The notes below the pieces were generated by a model, which made no database searches, was not told the DNA's origin, and saw only the letters and a list, made by a program, of their open reading frames with translations. DNA of 60,856 nt, the filler included, from Sphacelaria rigidula (lineage: Eukaryota): the NCBI GenBank assembly GCA_964200075.2. It is 10 parts of 10 records of this genome, joined end to end, with 100 filler letters (N's around TTAATTAATTAA, not from the genome) between each part and the next. Parts side by side here need not be neighbours in the genome. Positions count along the whole stretch, not along the records: positions 48,767 to 54,761 come from CAXNAA020022936.1; positions 54,862 to 60,856 come from CAXNAA020022937.1; 8 more parts are not named here. One strand, given 5' to 3'. Within the stretch, counting starts at the first letter, position 1, and each line of letters opens with the position of its first letter. The position numbers and the translations under genes are program-made. Of this stretch, positions 50,375 to 60,856 are shown one piece after another.

Positions 50375-50590
50375 CCTACCGATACCGGTCCAGTCGGGTA
50401 TTTTCAAATTTCATACCTACGGTACTACTACTCATGATACCACGGCATTTATTTCGAGATTTCAATACTACCGTATACCCGCTCGATCGGGTATTTTCAA
50501 AATTTAAACTTACGCTATCAACGGTACCACTGTATTTAATTTCGAGATTTCAATACATACATACCGTACCCGCCCAATCGGGTATTATTT
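50375..50590 (+). repeat. ~92-bp imperfect tandem repeat (about 2.3 units)
   Basis: TCGGGTATT occurs at about 50394, 50487 and 50578; ATTTCGAGATTTCAATAC occurs twice. Confidence 0.75.
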
Positions 50591-50827
50591 TGTTGATAGA
50601 ATACATACATGTTGAAAAACCCGCGTGGGGGGGGGGAGTGTCACTGATCGTGTTTGGTCCAAACACACGTTTTCCTGCTGCTGCTGTATGTATAGTAGCG
50701 CTATGAATATACCTTTTGCATATACGTGTAGAAAAAAAGTGAACCGTAGAATTGATCACCATAACGATCGGGATTGGTTCGATCAACTGAGAACATGAAA
50801 ACGCGGGAGACTATACAGCAGCAGCAG

Positions 50828-52511
50828 CAGGCTGGTTCACGCTAATAATAAAGACCCAAAAGTATGTCATCAGCAAATGCATTATCATGCAATACTCACC
50901 TGATACTCACATACAAGGTATCATACTGCGACCGCAATAAACAGACGAAAAGGGTGACATAGTCGGATCTTTGTTAAAGGCTATAGCGGTGGCGCTATGG
51001 ACAAAAATGTTTCTCGACCAATCAGCGCCTTTCAAATTGTTCTGAAATTGAAAACACGAAATCCAAGTCCAATTTCCCCCGAATTTCGACATGCTTCAAA
51101 TCGTAGTGACCGTCATCATCCAGAAATCTAACGGGAGAAACAAATTCGAAAACGGTTCCAATGGGGTCGAATTCTACCCACCCGAAACCGTGATGTTTCG
51201 ATGATGTAGAGTTTTGGCGTCGTCTAATTTCCTCTCATGATACGTGCGAAAGATGCAGGGCGCCTCGTGAGTATTTCCCTTCTATCTGTTGTAGAAAAGC
51301 TCAGACCATCCTCAAACTTGACAGTTCCGTAGGCATTGATGCATCAGATGGAAAAATCATGTTCTTGGCAAGATTTCGTACCCTGGACAGTAGAAGACAC
51401 GGTCAAAAAATGTACTGCGTACAGTATGGGATCTATTTTCTATTGCAATAGACAAAAGATTCCATACTGTACGCAGTACATTTTTCTACCGTGTCTTCCA
51501 CTGTCCAGGGTGCGCAAGATTTCGAAGTTCATCTGTTCTCTACCGGCTTCCGAGGTTCCAGTACAAAGACCCCCGGAAGGCGGGACAGAATGCCTCGAAG
51601 GAAAAAATAATAACATGATGCGTCCCAGAATAGTCCAAGGAACACATGTATAACGTTTGGTGGAGAAACTTGAAAATCTCATACTGTACAGTTTTTCTGG
51701 CCTTGGCGTAAAATTCACCGAAAAATGACGTTTTTATACTCAAACCAAGTAGTCGGGAGTTTGCACGTTTCAAGCTCCCATCCTCGCACAAACACGCAAA
51801 CCTTGACGCAGTTATCAGGAGTCAGACCCTGAAACTTTTCACAAATTTGCTATGAGCCATTAAGCAACTTTCGATCAACGAGCTTTTCCTACTTCTCGAT
51901 TTTTTCACCGTTTTTCGGGGGTCCGACGGGATCCAAGTCATGTTTTTGAAGTCGTCCATTTTGGGACCCTGAAAAACTGGCAACACGATATTTATTCATT
52001 TTTTTTGCAAACGCCCTGTCGCCGCAAAATCCAAGGAAGAGCCCAACAAAATTTCGTGGCCAAACTCGATAAACCAATGCTTGAATTTTCATCACGTCAC
52101 AGAAGGCCCAAAAAACGCTATTTTCATACCAAAATCTAGAAGTTTGCGGTTTCACCGTGACACGGCAAGGTTCATCGCACAAACGCGAAAAACTTTACGC
52201 CGTTTCAAGGAGTTTGACCCTGAAATGTTGCTCAGGTGGTGATTACGCAACTTTGGATGAACGAGTTTTTTCGATGTTTTTCGTTTTCACCGTTTTACGG
52301 GGATCCGATTGGATCGAAGTTTGCCCGAAAGAACTGGGACCCCCGAAAAACGGTGAAAATAGTAAAAAAGTTAAAAAAAAAAAAAGTTGGACATTGGAAA
52401 GTTGCATAATGACCAGTGAAACACTTGTGCAAATTTTCAAGGCCTAGCTCCTTAAAACGGCGTGAAGTTTTGCCGATGAGTGTTAGTGGCCTTTTTCGGT
52501 GAGCCAGCCTG
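50828..52511 (-). mobile_element. Second, diverged copy of the ~1.5-kb non-autonomous TIR element
   Basis: Reverse-complement similarity to 10512-11986 throughout. Its own termini are CAGGCTGGTTCA / TGAGCCAGCCTG|TA. Confidence 0.8.
51378..51513. mobile_element. 136-bp hairpin MITE with perfect 10-bp TSD (Mutator-like), nested
   Basis: Near-perfect palindrome GTACCCTGGACAGT...ACTGTCCAGGGTGC, flanked by GCAAGATTTC on both sides. The homologous site near 11460 is empty. Confidence 0.9.
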
Positions 52512-54604
52512 TAGGGCCGGCCATCTACTCTCGTTGGACACCCAACCGGTAAATCCGTATAACATTCAAAAGCTATAGAAATAATTGTATTTTCGGAGTT
52601 CCGGCTAGGTACTCATGTCCCTCAACCCCCGACTTTTGAGATCACACTTTCACTGTGATTGGACCTTAATAACCGAAAAAACTGAACAAATCAATCTCGA
52701 TCGAAATCATCATCACGATGGTAACTGCCTCTATCAGATATACGAAGACGCCCTGTATATTACGGTTTGTTTCACCGAGAGCGAGAACAAGCACAATCTT
52801 GGACTTCTTTAAAAACTGCACCGGTCACACCGCCGAAAGATGTGAGAATGAGGCCACCTAAATAGCTGGGTTACCGAATCGCCGTAGGGACAGCGGTAAG
52901 GCAGGTCATCACAACACGGGGTATACCACCCAGGGTTTCTCCGTGAGGAAGGCGCCGCACCGGTACGAGATTTTGTTTGCCGGCATGTGTCTGCGGATTA
53001 CTCCCTACGACATATACACACATTCCTTTTTTCGTTCGTGTTTTTCGTCTCCCTCATCGTTTCAAATTTACTACTACAAGCATTTCTCCCCACCACAATC
53101 AAGAATCTCCATATCTGCAAGGACGCGCTCCCGCCCTCCAGACACACGCCACACCGGCACTACTACAGCACGGATCATCCATGACGGCACCCGTGTACCA
53201 TAGTGCTCGTTTGCCAACATACATGGCACGAAATAGCGAGGGTGGGTTCTCGAGAACTCGAACCGACAGCGCGCGACACCACAATACAGTACACTAGCAC
53301 CACGGTACTCCCGCCATCTCCCTCCTTCGATGTTCGCCTCTCCCATGAAACCGACGGTTTCCGATTAGTCATACCGCTAGGCTAAACCGTCGGAATGCAC
53401 TACAGTACCTGGTGACGTACGTTGTCGACGGCACGGCGTGCCAACTCTCGAGCTCAACTTTTCTCTCGGGTTCTTGTTTTCATTCGCGAGTCGGAGGTAA
53501 AATACGTGACCCACGAATATACCAAGACGGCGGCTTTCCACCCAGTCGGCAAAGCGAATGCAACATCCATGGAACAGCCACAGTTGTAAAAGACACCTCC
53601 TTGACCGTACCCCAAGCTCCGCGCTCCACAAAGGGCCTTAAGATGAAGTCGACCGATCAGACACCTGCAGCCTCTTCAACGGCACTGGTCGTTCAGAGTT
53701 GAGGTGCGCATGTGCAGTCTCCATCATCCTCGCTTATTGAAGTCTTTACAGTTTTGTCATGGCATGTGGCGCCACGACGAGTAAATATCGCGGCGATTTC
53801 GCTCGGGATCGCAAGCGCGAGGTAACACGCTGTGCCGCCCTACTAAGTATAACGTTCCACATGCTTCCAACTTATGCAAGCAACAGATACAGACAAATGA
53901 ATACACCGGGACAGACCAAATACAGTGTCATTTATCCACGAATCAAATACTAGCACGTTTGAGGTCGCAAAGGTCATCACCGCCGCCATCATCGTTCTTG
54001 TCCTGCGGAGGGGATGATCCCCACTCTACCTCGATTGACATTCCGCCAGTCCGACATGATTCCTTCAAGAGTCCTGTTCAGTCACTCAGATTGAGAGGAA
54101 AACAACTAATATATTTCCCCGATCCCAGCCTACTCATTAGCCAACCAAACGAGAGCATGAATTGCCCCCATCCACCCCATGTATGTACAAGGCACCCGGG
54201 TGTGTCAAGCAAAGAAGACCCGGGTCCAGATCCAAGCGGCTGCATTTTGCGCCCCCTGCTGTAGTATAGCCATAACCTGCACTTGTACAACACCTCATGT
54301 CATTACTGTCAAGAGCCGATCCACTTATGAGATCGACGGCCGGCCTCCGGTCTACTTCCCGACGCCGTTGATGGCGTGCAGCTGCACCTCAAACACCAGA
54401 TCTGCCGAAGAAAAAACACAGCGAACGAACCGGGAGGGCACGTAGGGGTTGGCGAGCGGTAGGGAGGTGGAAAGTAACATCATGTACCGTGAAAAATGAC
54501 GCTTGGCTCTATAGATTTCCACAATTTATGGTAGCATAGTTTGTACCACAGTTCAGCGAGAGGCGGGGGAGGGAGTGTACACATAATTTCACATGTCAGA
54601 GTCA

Positions 54605-54722
54605 CCTGACCATTGACCTCGCATCCCTACAAAGCCGGGACGGAGCACGCCGGGTTTTCGCCGGACCAAGCTCGCGATCAACCACCAAGCGCGAACCACC
54701 GTGATGTGCTCGGCGAGTCGCA
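54605..54722 (-). repeat. Dispersed GC-rich repeat (GCCTGGTCCGGCG core), copy 4
   Basis: Reverse complement of 42672-42790. Confidence 0.85.
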
Positions 54723-55862
54723 TGAAGGGGGAGAGGGGGGGGGCTTTACCATGAGAGGTACNNNNNNNNNNNNNNNNNNNNNNNNNNNNNNNNNNNNNNN
54801 NNNNNTTAATTAATTAANNNNNNNNNNNNNNNNNNNNNNNNNNNNNNNNNNNNNNNNNNNNACTGTTTTAGGCTTGAACCTCATCTCGGAGTTAAACCTC
54901 AATTCGCACAATTTGTTGTTATGTTTGTTATCGTCTTTTCTAGCGCTACCTGCCGTTCTCTGCGCATAACGTGGCGAAAGTTGTAGGTTGGCAGCATGCG
55001 GACGTACCTTCTATCCTTCCTTCGCCTGACTCATGTTAAAATCGCATTAGTTTGCCCGATGATTGTCACTAATATCTAAATTGCGCCCATCGCCGTTGCG
55101 TACAGGGTTCGCGACTCGATAGTACTCATCCGCCGGGCAGATACGGTGGTAGTTGTAGGCGGTTCCTGCCTGCTCGTCGGCGAGCTTCGACACGTCAAGG
55201 TACCTGGGCCCCTCTGCAAGGGCAGCGCGCGCACTATATCTTGGTTCTCTACCTGACGTGCGATTTAGTGTGCTAAACACTGCGGCGGACTCGGAGTTAC
55301 TTCACAATGCCCGACCTAGCGTGAGGGTGGATGGCCACACCCCAAAACACGTAATGTATGTATTTGATCAAAAGTACTCACATACCCCCGGTGAGAACGA
55401 CAATCTCCTCGCCAAATGTTACGGCACAAGCTGAGCACATTGTCAAACCGGTCAGGATTGCATTCGGAAAATGTGAAGCGTCGACTGAACCACTATGCTC
55501 AGGTGTGAGTATTAGCAAATACTAGAAGCAAGCCAAACGTTCGCTTTTCGTGGCGTGGGGACTGCCTTTATTATTTTTTCATCGGCGAAACTTTTGGGCA
55601 GAGTACAGACTTTTGCCGAGATAGCCCCCCCCCCAAACCGGCCAGAAATGTGCACGGGGGCGATGATCATCAATGCCGCTAGAGCTGGTTTCGTGTTCCA
55701 CGACGCGACTTATTTGGGCGTTATAGCTGAGTTCGGACTGCTTCAAGCCTTTCATGTGGGCGGCATTACTGCAAATGAGCCCAATAGTAGGATCGCAGCC
55801 GGTTTGTCTGACGGTCTCCCGTGCACGTTTTGTGGGGGAGCTATCTCGGCATTAGTCTACAG

Positions 55863-56282
55863 TATACAGTATGCGGCTGGCAGTTTTGATACGTATTTTC
55901 CTCTTTATAAATAACACGGCGCATGCGGCACTCAGAATGATGACGGAGCAAGTGAAGGTTTTCAAGAGTGTCAACTTTATGAAATGTACGCTGACAATAT
56001 TTACGCTGACAAAAGCAAGTGCATATCCGAAACTCTCTTATTACGATTCGTTTCTACGAGGAGAAGCTCAGTGAGCCTGTGTTTGGTCTTAGATATTTGT
56101 CGACCGGTCATTGCGAAGAATGCTGTTTTCTGCTGCGCGAGACGGTGACCAGCTTCTCCCCGCCACGCCCCCAAAACAGCCGACCCGCCGTCCTTCCCCC
56201 TATAATTCACGCCGGCACCAGGACCTGTTCAACATGTCGAACGAAATTTGGGCTGTTGGAGCCTTCGCCGTGGTCAACATTG
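55863..56282 (+). CDS. Candidate upstream exons (55863-55957, 56222-56282) of the RGS gene, encoding hydrophobic helices
   Basis: Phase-0 join gives ...RLAVLIRIFLFI...LRMMTEQVK|DLFNMSNEIWAVGAFAVVNI, resembling the D.F.I..EL loop before TM6 of 7TM-RGS proteins. Linkage to the RGS exons is not established. Confidence 0.4.
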
Positions 56283-58054
56283 GTGGGTGTGCGCAACCGT
56301 TGCTGTTCTCGATTCTTCTGCATGCACTATCACCTGGTAATGTACATAGGAATATATAGATGTGTGAGAGTGATCAACGATGATGACATCCAAAGGGAAA
56401 TAGGTGCTTGGATGTATGGCCGGCGTCTAGTCTGGCTACTGTCAGCATGGTGTTCGTTGGATATTCGCCTGAGATATCTAGGGAAAGTACTGTTCACCTA
56501 CGGTTAATGTTGACGTGCAAGTCATGATGCTCCACCCACGGCGCTATCATGAAGACAGAACCGATAGACTGCACTGCACGCTAGCCCCCGGAGTGCGGAG
56601 CTGCCCTTCAGTAACAGCTATGGCCAGATATCAATCCCGTTGAACAGCGTCTGCAGCAACGCAGAATCACATGTACGTGGAAGCAATACCCGACTGCGTG
56701 CACTCGGTGTGCGGGTTAGTGCTCGTGATGGCAAGGAATGTTGGCGGCAGATTCGCTCTCAACATGCTCAATGACTTTTATCTACGCGATAAGTCAGGGT
56801 AAGCGAATACTTCGTCTGTTGAAAAGTCGATGCGTGCATGCGCATGTCTTCGGATTGGTCGGCGCCAACATGTTGCGACACAGCACGCCAGAGCTCACGT
56901 TTCTTAATATTAATGGGCGAGGAACACCCCGAAATTGAACAAGGCCGTCACGTACCGCGCTTCAGATGATTGAGCCTTACGCTCGGCGAAGGTTTTCGAG
57001 CTCAAACTGCACAGCAATGGGTGGCGTCGGACTGCCACAGGGCTTTCGCGAGTACTCACTCTGTCCGTCCATCACGGCATTCATGATTTGGGATGTTTCT
57101 GGGTGTGGGAAATGCCATTTTCTGACAGGCTCGTGCGTTTTCTACGTAAGGCGTAGAAGAGAATATAGACGTCAAAGTTGGAACTTGGTATTTCCGGTTG
57201 AAAGGAATATCTCCAAGTTTTTCGGTGACCGTGACTTAAAGCAGTTCCTGTTCGATCTCAAATTTTAGGAATTGAGATACATAATGAGTACCTGACACAA
57301 GTTTCGATATATATTTTTTCCATATCCAATTTGAACAAATTCGATCCTACAGTCTTTTTTGGGTCCTTCGAGTGTACAGCCCTTGGTTCCCGCTCTTCGA
57401 TCTTTTCTCTCGATCGAACTGATGCAGGGTTGTTACGGCGAACAAGTTGACGGCTTCAGTTCTTTTATTTTCTCAATGCTCATCGGGCCACAGCTGAAAA
57501 ATCTTACGTTTGGGCAATATATGGTCAACACACACCTTAGATGAACGAGGTTGCACTCCGTATCGTTCTGCCAACACAACATTAGGAAATATCTGCTGAA
57601 TGTGACCTTCTTTTTCCTACCGAGCCTCAACCTCTCGAGTGAAGGTGACAAATCGTCTGCGAAAAAATCCGGATTGAGTGAATACCATGTCTCAACTTTG
57701 ACTGCTGCACGACCCACGTTTTTGCTGATCTCTTGACTGTCGTGCATAATCGTGCTGAAATCTCCGTCAACGAATGCTCTGGGCGACTGCGTTTGAGCAA
57801 GTCCTAACGGAGTCCGTCAACCGGCTACTCGATGTTGACATGCCGGCGATGTTCATGCGGTACTACATGATCTTCTGGATGGTCTTTAGGATAGTACCAG
57901 CGATGTGGTACACGTGAGTAAAACGTCGCAGATTCCGGACGCGTATCGGTGTGCATCCTTTCACGCCTATCTACCTAGATTGAAATCCACGGCGTCAACA
58001 CTACCTTAATATCTCTCCAGCCGGAATCGAATCTCACCTAGCATGTGACATTTC

Positions 58055-58292
58055 CAAAGGTCGGACGAAGTAATGATCTGTCTGAACATGACTTGATTTT
58101 AGTGTAATTGATTCGTACCGTACGAAGCAATCCTTGGGCTTTGGTTTTAGAGTAGCAACCCAGGAGGTACGCGCGGCCCAGGCACGTGGAATGGCGCAGA
58201 AATTGCGTGGAGGCTTTTTTGACCGGCGGGTAACTTCTCTCTTTCGAACAACCAGGCCTGATTCAAACCGACGATGGTTCGTCCAAACCTTG
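58055..58292 (-). mobile_element. hAT-like MITE copy
   Basis: Reverse complement of 9443-9703; TIRs CAAAGGTCGGACGAA / TTCGTCCAAACCTTG. Confidence 0.75.
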
Positions 58293-58521
58293 TGTAATGC
58301 GTGAGAGGACCGCGTGCTTAGAGGACCGCGCCGTGGTTCAAAACACCTCAGGATCGACGTTTTTCATAACCAATCGGTCCAGTCCCTGCAGGTACTATGC
58401 CACTAACCCTAACCCCGACACTAACCCTAACCCTAACCCTAACCCTAACCCTAACCCTAACCATAGGGATATTCAAATTCCGATGCGGTCCTCTAAGCAC
58501 GCGGTCCTCTCACGCATTACA
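58293..58521. mobile_element. TG...CA MITE with internal (CCCTAA)n, 5-bp TSD CCTTG
   Basis: Perfect ~37-bp TIR TGTAATGCGTGAGAGGACCGCGTGCTTAGAGGACCGC; CCTTG on both sides. Confidence 0.92.
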
Positions 58522-58787
58522 CCTTGAACAGTTCCCACGAATGGCCACAAGTTATCCATGTAAAATACATATTTTATGTGGTAAATGCTAACTGGTTGAG
58601 TTATACTAGGTCCATGTATCCACCATCCCCAGCCGATGACACACACTCAACAGTACAGCTTGCGGCAGTAGTGCACGATATGTTTCATCGACTACGCCCA
58701 AGTAATAGGAGCGTCCCGGACCTAGCTCGGTGTCGTGCAGATGGAAACTTTATGATGTAACAATTCCAATCCGACCTCTCTTTGCAG

Positions 58788-60020
58788 AAACATTGAACCC
58801 GTGAGGCGCATCCTGCTCCAGAGAGCTATCGACTGCCGCAAGGCGCCTAGGGTTTCGATCTGTCCCTGTTTGCCGTGGCTTTCATCCGGGAAGGCCAAGG
58901 TTGCTGCCGGTGGATCGGGCATCATTCGTTCGAATACAATGCAGCTCAGATCGGGAATCCATGGAACGAATCAAATATACGACATCCTGCGCTGTCCCCA
59001 ACAGCTCGGAGCTTTTCAAAACTTCTGCCAGAGGGCTCTTTGCAGCGAGGTGACTGTACTGCGTGAGAGGACCGCGTGCTTAGAGGACCGCGCCGAACTT
59101 CAAATCACCTCAGGATCGACGTTTTAAAAACCAATCGTGTTCGTCCCTGAAGGTACCACGCCCCTGACCATAACCCCAGCTAGCACTAACCCTAACCCTA
59201 ACCCTAACCATAAGGATGTTCAAATTCGGATGCGGTCCTCTGAGCACGCGGTCCCCTCACGCATTACAGTGACTGTCCGCAATGGCCTCCGAACCGACGA
59301 CGTTACTGCTACATGTTACATGCTTGAAAGCTGGACTGACGTTAGGTATTCCCACTACACCCTAGTGATCGAATCTCTTTTGCACACGATTCAAAGGGCG
59401 AATACTGTGGGAACACAGTTGACAATGATGGCTGTATTGTTCTCAGACGAGATATCTTGTGGCAACGATCGCTTGTTGGGGAAACGTACCACCTGGAAAA
59501 GATGCCCAACGACGGCGTGTCGTCCCGCACTTCAGGAGTGTATAGTCCAACATGTTTACAGGCGAATTACGTGTGAACTGTTTCCAAGTGAAAATCCGTC
59601 TCCTGAGCGACTGGCAAATAATCACACGTTGATAACATGTAGTTTCAGCACTCTCCGAAGTCATTCCTTCCTGAATCCAACGTGTATGACCTTCCTCCTT
59701 AGTGCTGCAGTTTGAAGCCGCGGCGACGCAACGATGGTTAACCGTTGTCGTGCTCCCTTCTGTGCGCCATTTGGTTCGCGATGCTGTTGCTCTCTGACCC
59801 CGCGGGTTGTTCGCAGTCTCTCATGTTCCTCGCCGCTGTATATGAATTCGAAGATACCTGTCAAAGCGCCGGCACCACTGAAGCTCAGTACAAGCGCTTC
59901 GTCCACATCGTCGACGAGTTCATTGCAAACGACTCTCGCTTCGAAGTGAACATCGATAGCACAGCCAAGAATAGCATCTTGGAAAACATGCGGCGGATCA
60001 CTTTTGAGGAACTCAATGAG
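58788..60020 (+). CDS. RGS-domain protein, exons 58788-59049 and 59817-60020 (partial)
   Basis: Spliced: IYDILRCPQQLGAFQNFCQRALCSE|SLMFLAAVYEFE...IVDEFIANDSRFEVNIDS, a canonical RGS box. GT-AG sites, phase 0. Confidence 0.88.
59055..59268. mobile_element. TG...CA MITE with internal (CCCTAA)n, 5-bp TSD GTGAC
   Basis: Same TIRs as 58293-58521 with three mismatches between arms; GTGAC at 59050-59054 and 59269-59273. Confidence 0.92.
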
Positions 60021-60856
60021 GTATGGAACATGTCAATAGTACATACGGTTGCGGTGGTAGCGATCGAGTTGCATGATTCACGATCACTCCACGATGTCCC
60101 GGTTGTCGGGAACTATTGACACCGCCGCCTCTCTCCCCGTGCAGTCAAATTGCGACAAAGAAGCGTACATTGCCGCCGTGCCCCGGTAGTCAACTTGAAA
60201 TCGCCCGACTGTCACCATTAGGGTGGAGAGAACGTTGGTTTGATTCCCAACGCGTTGGGTATTTTCCTGAGGCATCTGACTTCCACCGTCGAGGCGTTTG
60301 TACGTGAGTGAACGAAAAGTGGTTGACTGCGTTTGCTTCGCGAGAGGTGCCGCGGTGCGGGAGTGCTGACCAAATCCGCGAGATCAAAATGCAAGGCGTG
60401 CACCGGGGGGAGATTGGATATATCTTTTGAGACCACAGACTCGTTCCGAAGAAGGGGAAGGATTCAAAGTGTGACAAAAATAATGACTTGACTCGGGCGC
60501 GGAGCCCTGCGACCTGCTGCAGACGGTTTCACGCTTAGGCCAACGAATGGGCAACTACAGGAACAAGATAATCCGCCACCAGTGGCACATCTCTTGAGGG
60601 GAATGGAAAAAATAGGGCGTACCCGGTGGTTTCAGGAACAAGAAGGGTAGCACACTTTTCGGTTCGGAGGCGCAGTGCTGCACGCGGGCTGAGCAGCTCG
60701 AAAACACGTTGCAGCGCCTGCGCTCCACGCCCAATGTGCTTGGGCAGCATGCCCAATCCTTTTGATTTTCCGACACCTGGCCTGTGGCGAAATCACGCCA
60801 TCACGATTGAGTATATAGTGGATCCTGGATGATGACCAGGGGACAAGGGCATCCTG

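Noticed and set aside
53000..53700. Possible decayed Ty3/gypsy gag on the minus strand (VTRYCSAFRRF)
   Set aside because: Similarity too weak; no LTR or pol evidence.
5997..54861. Regularly spaced TTAATTAATTAA palindromes, and any gene cluster spanning them (e.g. BIG, RAB3GAP2 and ALIX as a trafficking cluster)
   Set aside because: Artificial linkers between size-sorted contigs. ALIX is on a different contig from the other two.
58400..58462. (CCCTAA)n as a chromosome end
   Set aside because: Short, internal and enclosed by MITE TIRs.

Overview
Eukaryotic, intron-rich and repeat-rich DNA. The gene and transposon content suggests a brown alga or other photosynthetic stramenopile (inference). 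The window is not one locus. It is ten contigs of 5,996 or 5,995 bp in descending size order, joined by identical 100-bp artificial linkers (N44-TTAATTAATTAA-N44), so adjacency across linkers means nothing. Host genes are all partial: TatD/TATDN1 (first two exons); a divergent pair of first exons (RAB3GAP2-like and BIG/Sec7 ARF-GEF); an exon of an M41/VIR3-like protein lacking its HEXXH histidines; the 3' half of an ALIX/BRO1 gene ending in a UBA domain; an RGS-domain gene, possibly 7TM-RGS; and unassigned exons. Mobile DNA includes a near-complete decayed Ty1/copia element with 257-bp LTRs, a decayed RTE-type LINE with two extra 3'-end copies, a likely decayed hAT transposase, and several MITE families with readable TIRs and TSDs, some nested. 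One TG...CA MITE family carries telomeric CCCTAA repeats, and one copy duplicated a splice donor. I found no convincing new multi-gene system. The best leads are the ALIX-UBA architecture, the pseudo-protease, the putative 7TM-RGS and the telomere-repeat MITE.
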